Below, in pieces: positions 1 to 13,799 of a stretch of DNA of 64,000 nt. Each line of letters begins with the position of its first letter. Position 1 is the first letter of the stretch. The notes under the pieces were generated by a model, which did no database searches, was not told the origin of the DNA, and saw only the letters and a program-made list of their open reading frames with translations. A program made the translations under genes and the position numbers. Source of the DNA: Camelus dromedarius (lineage: Eukaryota); NCBI RefSeq assembly GCF_036321535.1, contig NC_087436.1:40178001-40242000 (forward strand). Direction: 5' to 3'.

Positions 1-2480
1 ACACACTGACCACATTGCTCCCCTCTAGGCCTGGGCCCCATGTTGAGAGGCCTCTCCTGATCCTGCAGTTTCTCTAATGAGTAAAGAGAGCCCATTGTGA
101 ACCTCCAGCGCCACCAGTGTCATGGATCACTTCTTGCGAGCCCTCACTCCAGTCTCACTCCACGGGGATTGCAGAGGAATCTGTAGGGTTTGAACACTGG
201 GAATTGGACTGTGATGGAGAAGTGGGAGAAGTTTTTAACAACCAGCACTTGGATCTTGACAGAATAAGTTCCTACCTACAGCACCCAAATCGTAGTCCCA
301 ACCAGTGGTTTTGTTCACTACAGAGCCAAGTCAATGGCATTTTCTGAACAAGGAACAGGGCAGGGTATAGGTCTGCTTCATTTGGGTCATCAAACAAAGT
401 GCCTTGTCAACCCTGGCCTGGACTGAACAGAAATGCTGTCAACAACAGCTGGAAGCTGCATCGCCCAACAGTGCTCCAGCAGAATGGAGCAGACAGAGCT
501 GATCACTCACAGAGCAGAGTAACTGGCACTGTTCAGCCATGGAGCCAGCGGAGTGGGTCAGCTTGATTCAAGACCCCAAAGAACTATCTGAGGTGCAGAG
601 TGTTCCACTGCTCCATCCAGGCAGGGTAGCTAATTCATAACCACATCCACTGCTGAGTGTAGCTCCCAGCCCTGCCTAGCCTGGACGCCTGGCCAGGATA
701 CCTGGAAACCTGTGTAGCCCAGCAACACTTGAGCAGAGAGTCCTGCAAGCAGAGCTGATAGACTTCACACCAGAGCCAGTGGCCATGTTTGGGCAGGGCA
801 CTGGGGGCATGGGCTAGCTTGAGTCATGGTCACACACAAAGAGCCTTGCCAGGCTTGGAGCTAGTTCTTCCATGCAAAGGCAGAGAAACATATTCATAAT
901 CCCTCCCATTCCTGAACACAGCCTTCAACTTACCCAGCCAGAGAGTCTAAGCAGAGCACATGGACAGCTGTGTAGTGCATCCAGCAGCCCCTTCACAGCG
1001 GCACTTGCACAGAGAGCATGGCCTATGGCTTTCCCCATGTGCACAGTAAAACCGGTGGCCTTATTTAGCCAGGGAATTTAGTGCACAGTGTTACCTGCTT
1101 CAGGTCTCCAAACAGTGAGCCACGCAGGCCTTGGGCCCTGTCCTACTGCCCTGCCAGGCCGGGGAAGCTAATTTAGGCTCATATGCTCCTGAGTATAGTG
1201 CCCAGTTCTGAGTGTCTACTAGGCCTGACTAGAGAACCAAGGCAACAACAGAGCCCACCCTACAGTCCTGCCTGGGCAGGGAAGCAAGCCGGCAGTTCTA
1301 GCCAACTGCTCTCATCCAGCAGCACTCTGATCTGAGCTTAGGCAGTGGTATCATCCAAAATTAGGCCCTAAGTGCATGCTGCACCAATCCAAGGGCGACA
1401 CTAACTAACGTCCAAAAACCGAAAGCTGATTGATGAAGAACTGTCTGCCAAAGCAAATATTTAACATCTGAGAGAGAAGACCACTTACTCAAATGTGCAG
1501 ATAGCAATGTAAGGAATCAAAGATCACAGAAAATCAGGTAAACATGACACGAAAGAAAACTAATAAAGCTCTAATAACTCTGAAAAATGTAAATCTATAC
1601 ACTTCCAGACAAAGATTTCAGAATTACCTTCACAATGAAGTTTAGTAAACTACAAGAACTCATAGGCAACAAAACGAAATTAGGAAAACGAAGCCAATGC
1701 AGGAACAAAATGAGAAGCTCAACAACAAAAACAAAAGACAAAAGAAAAAAATTCCAGACCTCAAACATACAGGGACTGAACTAAAGAATTCAATAGAGAG
1801 TTTCAAAAGCAGACACAACCGTGCAGAAGAAAGAATCAGTGATCGAGAAGATAGCATTTGAAATTATTCAGTCAGAGAAATAAAGAAAAATAAAACCATG
1901 AAAAGCCTACAGAACTTATGGAACACAATGAAAAGAAACAATATCTGCATGATAGGAATTCCAGAAGAAGAGAAAGAGACAGAAAATGTATTTAAAGCCA
2001 TCCTAGATGAAAACTTCCAAACCTGTGGAGCCAAATGGACATCCAGATCCAAGAGGACCAAAAAATTCCCCAAAGAGGTTGAACCTGAATAGGGCTACAC
2101 CAGGGCACATTGTAATTAACTTGTCAAAAGTCAGTCAAAGAAAGAATTTTGAAAGCAGCAAGGGAACAAAGGAAGTTACATACAAGGGAACTCTCATAAA
2201 ACCTTAGGTGGATTTGTCAACAAAAATATTTCAGACCAAGAAAGAATGAGATGATATATTCAAAATATTAAAAGAAAAACATGCCCAAATAGATTTCTAA
2301 AGCCAGCAAAACTGTTCTTCACAAATAAAAGAGGGATAAGATTTTCCCAAACAAATAAAAGATGAGGCAGTCCATGACCACTAAGGGGGGCTCTTTAAAT
2401 GGAAGTGAAAGGATGCTATTAACATTGTGAAAACAGAAAGGGACAGCATAAAACTCACTGATAATGGTAAATACATAAAG
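1..2480 (+). mobile_element. Old LINE-1 5' part: GC-richer 5'UTR (about 1-1480) and decayed ORF1; ORF2 absent
   Basis: ORF1p remnants LWNTMKRNNICMIGIPEEEKETENVFKAILDENF (1898-2092) and TPGHIVINLSK...VTYKG; many stops and frameshifts; sequence becomes unique and AT-rich after about 2480. Confidence 0.85.
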
Positions 2481-3829
2481 TTAGATTCCATAATATGGGA
2501 ATAAGTAGTGCTTAATTCAATTATAATAGATTATACAGATATCTGTATATAATTTAATGTTTATTAAACAGTATATTAGATAAATGATAGTTTTTGAACT
2601 TTAACACTAATTTTATAAGTATTTCTATAGCTGTGAAAGATTAAAATTATTTCAAATAGAAATCACAATATGTTTAATTTCTTATTCTTCCATATATCAG
2701 AGATTGGAGGTAAAAAAATGATTAGTATTTTTTGGAATATTTGTCAAATCAGAAAAACTAAAGTAGTTTTAAGTTTTTTTCATGCTATTTTTCTATCCAC
2801 AATACATAAAATACCTTATTGTAGTCCACAAATTTAGTAGCATTATCTTAAAATTGGGTTACTTTAAAATTTCCTTAACATTTAAAGAAGGCTAAGGATT
2901 GCAGGGGAAAATATTGCAACTTCTCATTAAGTGTGTTTCAACTAAAATACTTGAACACGAAATGCTTCCTCAAGTATAGCATTAAGGCAATTGCTCTGTG
3001 AGACCCAGAAATCAATAGAATTGTGAAAAACATTTTAAGTGCAGCATTATAAAAAATATCATACTTTGCTGGATGAACCATGAGACTTCCTGCAATTTTT
3101 TAAACTGTCAACAAAATTGTTTTTAGAGTGAAAATGTTTCAACACATGTTTTGACACTTTTTTAAACAATTACAGATATGCAAACTCTAAATGCTACTGC
3201 AGTTAAATAAATAAATTCAAATATTACAACTAGTTTGAACTACTATTTAATAGAGCTTTCATTATCTATGCAGGAACCCCTTATTTTTTGCATGTATGTC
3301 ACTTCTAGTTATAGTTATAAAAACACCATGCTGAAATAATTTTCTCACATTTTGTGATAATGATGTATTACTTTTCTTTCCTAAAGCATTTACATTCTGA
3401 ACAACATTCTTTATGGCTTTCTATAAGGTGCCAATAATGTTAGTCTTTTGGCACCCTACTGCTTTCATTTAGCACCCTACTTCCACTCAGTATTTGCTTT
3501 GTCTTACAAGTTTGGGCAATAAAAATTTGCTACTGAATTTTTTTCTAGCTGCTAATATACATCGAGGAAGGTTTCACCTTCCATCTCTGTCCTTCATTGA
3601 TGCCTGGCAGCAACATCTACAAAGAACTATCTTTAACCTTTCACTTATCTTACTTGTTTTTCCTTTTTTTTCCATTTTCTCCTTCTTTCCCAGCTTTTCC
3701 CCCTCTCAAAATGCCTCAAAAATACAGCTTTAGGTATCCAACTTGTAAAATCATTTTCAGACTTTAATCAGTCTAGTTAAGAAGAAAAAAATAACCAATA
3801 ATAATAAGAGCAAGTGTAGCAGGCTGCTA

Positions 3830-4305
3830 CCTAAGTTATTGTCAGTTAACTTCTCAGTGTTCATACCTTTATGCAGCCCCCACCACATTCATTCTAGTTG
3901 ATTCTAGTCTGTTTTAATAGTAGAATAAAGTAGAAGCTACGTTGGACTAGTTTTGCATCCAGCCCTTGAGAGTGTTGGAAACTTCTGCTTTTTTTTTTTT
4001 TTAAAGCAATATTCTATCTAGGAATGCTCTCTCTTGGAGTCCTGAGCCACCTGAGATGAAGTCCAGGCTTCTCTCAGGAGAAAGAAAAAGCCATGTGGAA
4101 AGGTCCTGGAGAATGAGACACCATATATATATAGAGTCCAGAAAAAGAAGCACTAAGGCGCCAGACGTTCAGCACCACCTGCCATCCAAGTCACTATATT
4201 ACTGTGTGTGAGGAAATTCAAGAGCGACCGGTAAAGGAACTGCTCCACTAAGACCCGGCTAGCCTATAGAACCATGAGATATAAGAGCAACAGATAATTG
4301 CAACA
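3830..4305 (+). mobile_element. MaLR (MLT1-type) LTR, decayed
   Basis: MLT1-like motifs (cagcccttgagagtgttggaaacttctgc; gctctctcttggagtcctgagccac) and LTR 3' end gcaacagataattgcaaca. Confidence 0.6.
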
Positions 4306-5030
4306 GCATTTGATACTTGAAGCAGATTACGGACATAACAAATATCTTAAATTTGTGGCTTTGACTTTGTATGCAGTCAGTGAGCAGAACCAGAAGAACC
4401 TCAAAATGACAGTGAAGCCTTGAAAAACAATTAGCAAATAGTTACTGGAGTCTGGAGCAAAGAGGACTCCAGATATGCATTGAAACAAAAATAGCAAAGC
4501 TATAACCTGTACTAACAGCATATGTAGAAAGGGAACCCAAGTGCTTTGTGGACTGAGCTAAGGAGATTCCTGGCAGGTGACTGAAAGCGTCAACTGGCTT
4601 CTTTTAGCTGCCTGTTACAGCGAAGTAAGGTAATCTTAAAAAAAAAAAAAAAAAAAAAGAATGCACAGCTTTAGACAGTCTCCAAAGGAAACAAAAGGGC
4701 TTGTTTAGTTTCTAAGGTAAAACTGTTTCTTAGTCAGAGCTGCCTCCCTAGAAAACAAGAATCCCCAAGAAGGAAATGGCTTCTGGAAAAAGATCAAATC
4801 CAGGGCTCTGATAGTAAGCATAGCCTCAGGGTAAAGTTCAGCTAAAGGATGCAGCTATATTTTATTGAGACCTCAGAAAGATTTAAGAGTACCTGGTATA
4901 TGCTTGCAGCTAGACACAAAGACCTCTGAGAATATTAAGGCTGGGCCTTGTACCAACTAAGTAACTGGGGTTTAAAATTCTTCAGGAACATATCCCATAG
5001 CACCCTGACGCATAGCCCAAGGTAAACCAC
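4306..5030 (+). mobile_element. MaLR internal sequence (MLT1-int-like) contiguous with the upstream LTR
   Basis: Begins right after the LTR end with ...taacaaatatcttaaatttgtggctttgactttg, resembling the start of MLT1-int. Confidence 0.5.
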
Positions 5031-5588
5031 AGGTATGCTAATACAGTATTCTGTACTCTCATGTTTATCTATTAATTACTTGGAATAAGTAAAATAGAGA
5101 TTTTATTAAGCTGTTAGGTTAATATGATGTAAATAATCTTAAAATATCAATTATTAATTTGAGTTTTTTCTTTTTTTTTTTCTATTTAAAGTTAATCCAG
5201 GGTCCAGTAAAAGATAATGATGTAGGAGGATCCAAAACTCACCTCCCCGCATGGACACACCAAATCTATAGCTACAAGTAAAACAATTTCCTCTGAAATA
5301 AAGTCAAAAACTGAGTGGCTCCTACATACTAAACAAACAAGAAAAAAAATCCACACAAAGTGGGTAGGAAAGGATGAGACACAGTATCACCAGAATCCTC
5401 ATGCCTACATGGCAACCTGCAATTCGGAGGAATCTCACAACCCTGAATTTCTCCCTGAGGAGGGAATGTTTGAACCCCAAATCTGGCACCCCAACTTTTA
5501 AGACCTACACCTAAGAGATGAGCCCCTAAAACATCTAGCTGTGAAAGCTAACAGGGCTTGCCTTCCACAGAACACACAGGGCTATAGC

Positions 5589-6108
5589 TGTCGCAGGGAA
5601 GAACAAATCTGATTCTATATTAGATCTGTTCCTTTGGGTCTAACCCTGTGCTCTGTTTCCTGTGCTTAGTCATGCTGGTTCTGCACCTTTTATAAAAGAA
5701 TGTGGCCTAGAGCCTGAAATATACAGGACAGCTCATTCTCAAGGCTCTGACCTTTAAGGGTATAACAGTTTTCTGTCCATATAGAGATTAAAAAGTTGCA
5801 GAGTAGAAAATAACATTTGTCTTGTTGGAAGTTTACAGGGACACGAGGACCCGACATATATGGACAGCTGCAAGAACCAAGGATTCTGACACTAAGAAAT
5901 ATGCACCAACCAACCACACTCCTTCCCCTTTTAGTATAAAAAGAACCTCAGTTCTGACTTAGGAAAGATGGTTCTCCAGGATGTTAGTCTGCCATCTTCT
6001 CAGTCTGCCAGCTTTATGAATAAAGTCGTTATTCCTTGTCTCAACACTTTGTCTCCCAATTTACTGGCCTATCATGTGGCGAGCAGACTGAGTTTGGACT
6101 CTGTAACA
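5589..6108 (+). mobile_element. Solo ERV LTR, 520 bp (class I type; MER41-like by recall), inserted in the L1 5'UTR
   Basis: TG...CA termini, TATAAAA at 5935, AATAAA at 6019-6024, 4-bp TSD tagc (5585-5588) / tagt (6109-6112). Confidence 0.85.
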
Positions 6109-8129
6109 TAGTGAACTGAGAAACAGATCTAAAGGGCTTGTGTACATAAACTCACACACCCCAGGGCCCAGCACAGAGGCAGGCAACTGAAACACACCCA
6201 GACTTTCTGTGAAAGAGGCTTATTTGCTTGTATTAAAACACCAGACTCAGGGGCAAGCGTCAAATTTCATACACACGTAGGCGCCTACTGAAATACCCTC
6301 CAACGATGGAGGCTGCAGGTCACCATTTTTTCTGTCTCCATCTGTCTCACTCCAGCTCACTAGTATCTCCTGGAAGACGCTTGCACACTCATCTAGCTCT
6401 CTAATTTTTGCAACTACTGCCCAGGAGATACTTCTATGTTGCCTGGCTCAGCGGCCACTGGGGCTTATGTTCATGGGTCCCACGGGATTGTAACAAACGA
6501 AGAAAGAGCTCTTAACTGACTACCACATCCAGGGCATGGAAGATAGACTGGGAGCCTCAGTCTGTTTCCTGTGAAAGAGGCTTATTAGTTTATCTTCGTA
6601 ACTGAGACCTGAGAGGGTAGGCTTTTAATCAGACACGCATCTTCAGGCTGACCTTCCACAGACCTCAGAAGGATGCTGTCTTTGCACACTTCCTCTGCTG
6701 TGCTCCAGGGCATCAGTATCTCCCAAAGAGGAGCCTGTACTCATGTCTAGTACCAAGATTTTTAAGTTTGGTGCCCTGGTTTTTGTGACTTTCATCTAGG
6801 GGATGTTCCCTGGTTTCATGGACCTGATGCCCAGTAGTGCTTATGTTCATGAGTTGAACTAGTTGGTAGAAAGAAGAAACAGTTCTTAACTGCCTATCAC
6901 CCAAGGGCTCAGTGCAGAGGGAACAAATAGAAAAACACATCTCTCAGTCTTCGCCTGAAAGCAGTATATTTGCATACTTTGAAAGCTGCCGCATGAGGGT
7001 CTGGCTTTCAATCAGCCTGAATCTAGGTGGTGACTCAGATCTACCCTTTGGGATAGCTGATAGGTCTTGTTACAGCCTCAACTAATGGGAACCTCTAAAA
7101 ATAAAATAAGCTGCTTGGAAAAATCGCAAAATTTGAGAGTCAACCAAAAGCTATGACACTTGAACGGTACGTTTCATCTATACAAGACCACTCCTTCAGA
7201 AGGCAGAGGTTCTTGTTTTATCTAATGCTTAGAAACAAACACAGAGTCCAGGGACATAAAGAAACAAAGGAGTATGTTCCAAAGGAAAGAACAATATAAA
7301 ACCTCAGAAAAATACCCTAATGAAACGGAGACAGGTGACTAACATGAAAGACTGCAAAAATAATGATCATAAAGATGCTCACTGAACTCAGAAGAAAATG
7401 TATGAACAAACTTAAGAATTTGAACAAAAAGATAGGAAATATAACAGAGTATCAAACAGAAGTCACAGAGATGAAGAAGACATTACACTGAACAATACAC
7501 TAAAAGGATTCAACAGCACACTAGGTAAATAAAAGAAAGGATGAGCAAACTCAAAGAAAATGCACTGGAATTCACATAAAGCAGAAAAAAAAAAGAAAAA
7601 GAGAAGAGAAAGAGTGAAGATAGCTTAAGGGACGTAGGAACAGCCATCAGATGGACTAACATTTGCATTTTAGGTGTCCCAGAAGAAAATAAAGGGACAG
7701 AAAACTCATTCAAAGTAATAATGGCTAAAAAAATTCCATAAGCAGAGGAAAGAAAGACATCTAGATTCAGGAAGCCCAGATATTCCTAAAAAGATAAGCC
7801 CAAAGAGACCCACAACAAGATATGTTGTAAATAAAGCTTCAAAACTTAAAAACAAGGAAAATCAAGAGAAGCACAAGAGAAAAAAAAAAAAGAAAAACAG
7901 GAGAAAAACAACTTGCTACATAAAAGGGAACTCACATAAGATTATGAGATCTTCCGCAGAAACTTTGGAGGTCAGAGGGAGTAGCACAATATATTCAAAA
8001 TGAACCGCCAACCAGTAATACTCTCCTGAACAAAGTTGTCACCGAGAGTAGGAAAGTAAGAGGTTTTTAGACAAAGAGCTAATGGGCTTCTTACAAAAAA
8101 TGTTAAAGGGATTTGTTTGTTGTTATTTA

Positions 8130-8340
8130 TTAAAATATTTTTATTGTATAGTTAGTTGATTTAATATATTATACTAGTTTCAGATGTACAACATAGAGTA
8201 TAATCTATAAAAAACTATTTAAAGTTATTACAAAATAATGAGTACATTTCCCTGTGCAGTCCTTGTTACTTATGTATTTTATGCATAGTAGTTTGTGTCT
8301 AATAATCCCATCCCCCTATCTTGCCCTCCATCCTTCTTCT
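8130..8340 (-). mobile_element. Short LINE-1 3'-end fragment in antisense inside the larger L1
   Basis: ttttattgtatagttagttgattt...gtttcagatgtacaacatag, same L1 terminus type as 54105-54435 and 57355-57535. Confidence 0.8.
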
Positions 8341-11300
8341 CATACAAAAAAAATCAATAAGGAAACATTGGACATAAATGGCACATTCCCAGATAGACTA
8401 AACAGACATATACAGAAAATTCCATCCCAAATCAACATAATACATATTCTTCTCACACCAAAGCCACAAAAAATATCTTAACAAATTTAAGATTGTAATT
8501 ATATCAACCATCTTTTCTAAACACAATGGTATGAAACTAGAAATTAATTTCAAGAAGAAAACTGAAAATTCACATATAAATAGAGATTAAACAACTTGCT
8601 AGTGATTATAATAGGTCAATAAAAATCAAGAGTGAAATAAAAATGACTTGAGAAAAATGAAAATGGAAATACAGCATATCAAAACTTATGGGATGTAGCA
8701 AAAGCAGTTATTAAAAAGGAAGTTCATAGTGATAAGTGTCTATATTAAGTAACAACAAAGAACTCAAATAAGTACCTAAACTTATATCTCAGGAATTAGA
8801 AAAATAAAAATTTAACCAAAAGTTAGTAAAAGAAGAAAATAACACAGTCAGTGCAGAAATGAATAGAGGCAAAAAGCTAGAAAATATTAGTGAAATAAAG
8901 AGTTATTTTTGTGAAAAAATAAACAAAATCAGCAAACCACTCACTAGACTTGCCAAGAAAAAAAAAGAATTCAAATAAATAAAATTAGAGATGAAAGAAA
9001 AGATGTTACAACTGATACTACAGAATTACAATCATGAGACACTCTTATAAAACAATTATACAGCAAAAAATTGGACAACCTTGAAGAAACAGATACACTC
9101 CTAGAAACATAAAACCTATGAAAACATTAAGAAATAGAAAATCTGAACACAACTGTTTACCAGGTAAGGAGACTGAATCAGTAATAAAAAAATCTCCCAT
9201 CAATAAAAGACTAGGACCAGAAGCCTTCAGTGGTGAATTCTACCAAACATTAAAAAAAAAAAATACCAATGCTATTCAAATTATTTCAAAAAATTAAAGA
9301 CAAGGTAACTCATCGTAACTCATTTTAGCAGTCCAGCATTACCCTGATGCCAAAACCAGACAAGGATGACACAAGAAAAGAAAATGATAGGCCCAAATCC
9401 TTGATGAATACAGATGCAAAATCAACAAGATATTAGCAACCCAAATTCAAATGTATTAAAGGGATCATACGCTATGATCAAGTGGAATTTATTTCAGTGA
9501 TGCAAGGATGATTCATTATCTGCAAAATCAATGTGATACACGATATTAACAAAATGAAAAAAAATCCTATCACCTCAATAAATGCAAAAAAAGCATCTGA
9601 CAAAATTCAACATCCATTTGTGATTAAAACTCTTAAAGTGAGTGTAGAGAAAACTATCTTAACATAATAAAGGACATATATGATAACTTCACAGCTAACT
9701 TCATACTCAATGGTGGAAATCTGAAAGCTTTTCCCCTAGGGTCAGGGACAAGACAAGGATGGCCACTCTCACAATGTTTATTCAACACAGTATTAGAAGT
9801 CCCAGCAACACCAATGAGACCAAAAGAAAAATTGAAAACAATCAAACAGGAAAAGATATAAAACTACGACTATTCTTAGATGACATGGTATTATATATGC
9901 AGAAAACTCTAAAGATTCCACCAAGAAAGCTATTAGAACTAATACACAAATTCAATAAAGATTCAGGATACAAATCAATATACAGGGATCCTGTTAATAT
10001 ACAAGTAACAGAAAGAGAAATTAAGAAAAAAATCTTATTTACAATTGCATCAAAAAGAATAAAATAATGTAGCTAAGGAGGTAAAAGACCTGTGCTCTGA
10101 AAACTGTAAGACACTGATAAAAGAAACTAAATAAGACAAAAATAAATGGAAATATATTCTTTGCTCATAAATTGGAAGAATTAGTATTGTTAACATGTCC
10201 ACACTATTCAAAACAATCTACAGGTTTAATGCAATCCCTATCAAAATTCCAAAGTCATTTTTCACAAATTATAACAAACAATCCTAAAAGCTGTATAAAA
10301 CCACAGAAGACCTGAATAGGCAGGGTAATCTGGAGAAAGAAGAACAAAGCTGAAGATACCATGCTTCTTGATTTATAACTACAAAACAAAGTTATAGTAA
10401 TGAAAATAGTATGATACTGGCATAAAAACAGACACACTTATCATGTGAACAGAATCAAGTATCCAGAAGAAAACCCAAACAAATATGGACAATTTAAAAT
10501 AAAGAACCCAAGCATGTACAATGGGGAAATGATAGTCTCTTTAGTAAATAGTGCTAGAAAACTAGAAAGCCACATGCAGAATGGTAAATCTGTACTACTC
10601 TCTTACACTATATATAAAAATCAATTCTAACTGGATTAAAACTTAAACATAAGACATAAAGTAAAACTGCTTGCTGGAAGAAAACCTAGGTTTCTTGACA
10701 CTGGTCTTAGCAATGATTTTTTTTTTTCATTTTAAATCAAAAGCAGAGATAACAAAATAAAATAATGGGACTGTAACTGAATATAAAGTTTCTGCACAGC
10801 AAAGAAATCCAGCAAGAAAACTAAGAGACAACATACAGGATAAGAGAAAACATTTGCAAATCATATATCTGATAAGGAGCTAATATTTAAAATATATTAG
10901 GAACTAATAAAACTCAATACCAAAAAAAATCAATCAATGCAATTAAAAATGAGCAGAAGTTCTGAGTATGCACATTTTTGTATTGAAGACATACAAGATG
11001 AGCAACAGGTATATGAAAATGTCCTCATTATTACTAATAATCAAGGAAATGCAAATCAAAACCAGTGTGCAATATCACCTGTTAGAACTGTTATCAAAAA
11101 GGCAACAAGCATCAAGTGTTGGCAAGGATGTTGTGAAAAGGGAACCTTTAGATACCGTTAGTGGGAACGTAAATTGGTTGAGACCCTAAGGAAAACAGTA
11201 TGGAAGTTCCTCAAAATTTTAAAATTAGACTTACCTTATGATGCAACAACTCCATGTCTTTGTATTTATCCAAAGGAAATGAAAACACTAACTAAAAAGA

Positions 11301-11950
11301 ACACCAACTATGGGCATCACAGCATTGTTTACAATAGTCAAGATAAGGAAACAAACCTAATGTCCATTGATAAACAAACAGATAAAGAAATAAGGTAATA
11401 CATAAAATGGAATATTATTCAGCCATTAAAAATAATGAAATCTTGCCACACGTGACTAATGGATAATTCTTGAAGGAATTAAATTAAGTGAAATAAGTCA
11501 GACAGACGAAGTAAATACAGTATGACCTTGTTTATATGTAGAATCTAAAAAAAACCAATAAAACAAACAATAAACAAAGACTAAACTCATAGATACAGAG
11601 ACAGATTGGTGATTGTCAGAGGTGGGGGATGGGCAAAATGGGGAAAGGTGGAAAAATCTCTAGCTTCCAGTTATAAAATAAGTCATGAAGATGTAAGATA
11701 TATCATGATTAATATAGTCAGTATTGTAATGTATATTGGAAAGTTGCTAAGACAGTAGATCTTAAAAGTTTTCATTGCAGGAATGAAAAAATTATAACTG
11801 TTGGGAGATGGATGTTAACTGGACTTATTGTGGTGATCATTTCACCATGTATACAAATATCAAATAATTAAGTTTTACATCTAAAACTAACATAATGTAA
11901 TATGTGAATTATATCCCCATAACAATCCATTGTCTAACTTGTTAATTTCT

Positions 11951-13589
11951 ATTTATTTTTTTTGAGTTATAGTCATTTTACAATGTGTCAAATTCCAGTG
12001 TAGAGCATAATTTTTCAGTTATACATGAACATACATACATTCATTGTCACATTATTTTTTTTTTTTTTTGCTGTGATCTACCACAAGATCTTGTATATAT
12101 TTCCCTGTGCTATACAGTATAATCTTGTTTATTCTATATGTGCCTGACAGTATCTACAAATTTTGAAATCCCAATCTGTCCCTTCCCACCCACCGCCCCC
12201 TTGGCAACCACAAGTTTGTATTCTGTGTCTATGAGTCTGTTTCTGTTTTGTATTTATGTTCTTTTTTCTTTTTTAAATTCCACATATGAGTGATCCCATA
12301 TGGTATTTTTCTTTCTCTTTCTGGCTTACTTCACTTAGAATGACATTCTCCAGGAACATCCATGTTGCTGCAAATGGCGTTATGTTGTCATTTTTATGGC
12401 TGAATAGTATTCCACTGTACAAATGTACCACATCTTCTTTATCCAGTCATCTGTTGATGGACATTTAGGCTGTCTCCATGTCTTGGCTATTGTAAATAGT
12501 GCTGCTATGAACACTGGGGTGCAGGTGTCTTTTTGAAGTAGGATTCCTTCTGGATATATGCCCAGGAGCAGGATGACTGGGTCCTGTGGTAAGTCTATTT
12601 CTAGTCTTTTGAGGAATCTCCATACTGTTTTCCACAGTGGCTGCACCAAACTGCATTCCCACCAGCAGTGTAGGAGGGTTCCCCTTTCTCCACAGCCTCC
12701 CCAGCATTTGTCATTTGTGGACTTTTGAATGATGGCCATTCTGGCTGGTGTGAGGTGATAACCTCATTGTAGTTTTGATTTGCATTTCTCTGATAGTTAG
12801 CGATATAGAGCATTTTTTTCTTGTGCCTATTGATCATTTGTATGTCTTCCTTGGAGAATTGCTTGTTTAGGTCTTCTGCACATTTTTGGATTGGGTTGTT
12901 TGTTTCTTTCTTATTAAGTCATATGAGCTGCTTATATTTTCTGGAGATCAAGCCTTTGTCGGTTTCATCATTTGCAAAAATTTTTTCCCATTCCATAGGT
13001 TGCTGTTTTGTTTTACTTATGGTTTCCTTTCCTATGCAGAAGCTTGTAAATTTAGTTAGGTCCCATTTGTCTGTTCTTGCTTTTATTTCTATTGTTTGGG
13101 TAGACTGCCCTAGGAGAACATTTTTGAGATGTATGTCAGATAATGTTTTGCCTATGTTTTCTTCTGGGAGGTTTATTGTATCTTGTCTTATGTTTAAGTC
13201 TTTGATCCATATTGAGTTTATTTTTGTGTATGGTGTAAGGGAGTGTTCTAGCTTCATTAATTTACATGCTTCTGTCCAGTTTTCCCAACACCATTTGCTG
13301 AAGAGATTGTCTTTATTCCATTGTATATTCTTGCCTCCTTTGTCAAAGTTTAGTTGACCAAAAGTTTGTGAGTTCATTTCTGGGCTCTCTATTCTGTTCC
13401 ATTGGTCTATATGTCTGTTTTTTATACCAATACCATGCTGTCTTGATTACTGTAGCTCTATAATATTGTCTGAAGTCTGGGAGAGTTATTCCTCCAACCT
13501 CTTTCTTTTTCTTCAGTAATGCTTTGGCAATTCTAGGTCTTCTGTGATTCCATATATATTTTATTATGATCTGTTCTAGTTATGTGAAA
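11951..13589 (-). mobile_element. Younger 5'-truncated LINE-1 (ORF2 C-terminus plus 3'UTR) with perfect TSD
   Basis: taacttgttaatttct at 11935-11950 and 13590-13605; poly(T) at the left end; minus-strand ORFs 12919-13377 and 12380-12739 match the ORF2p C-terminal region ([18 protein letters not shown]). Confidence 0.95.
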
Positions 13590-13799
13590 TAACTTGTTAA
13601 TTTCTTGCTAACTACTTTGATAGTTCCCAGTAATAGAAAGTTAAAGCTATAGATTTTAGATTTAAGTAATGTTTGGAAACTGGAAATGTATCAGACAAAA
13701 ACAATAATGTGTTAAATGTTCAACTGAGAAATGCAAATATTAGTATAGGAGATTGGGGAGATATGTTAACAATAGTTATAAAGAAGTTAGCATTTCAGA

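Larger units (their letters stand above)
5205..11920 (+). mobile_element. Near full-length decayed LINE-1 (5'UTR with internal repeats, ORF1 about 7250-8110, ORF2 about 8340-11400, L1MA/MB-type 3'UTR), interrupted twice
   Basis: ORF1 and ORF2 remnants (LFLDDMVLY RT motif near 9870; KTVWKFLKILKLDLPYD); 3' end tggtgatcatttcaccatgtatacaaatatc. The ORF1 end and ORF2 start are missing at the 8130-8340 insertion. Confidence 0.9.

Noticed and set aside
12821..13357. Longest ORF in the track (178 aa, hydrophobic), and similar ones at 47560-48042 and 34914-35291
   Set aside because: These are antisense frames of L1 ORF2, a common artefact, not membrane protein genes.
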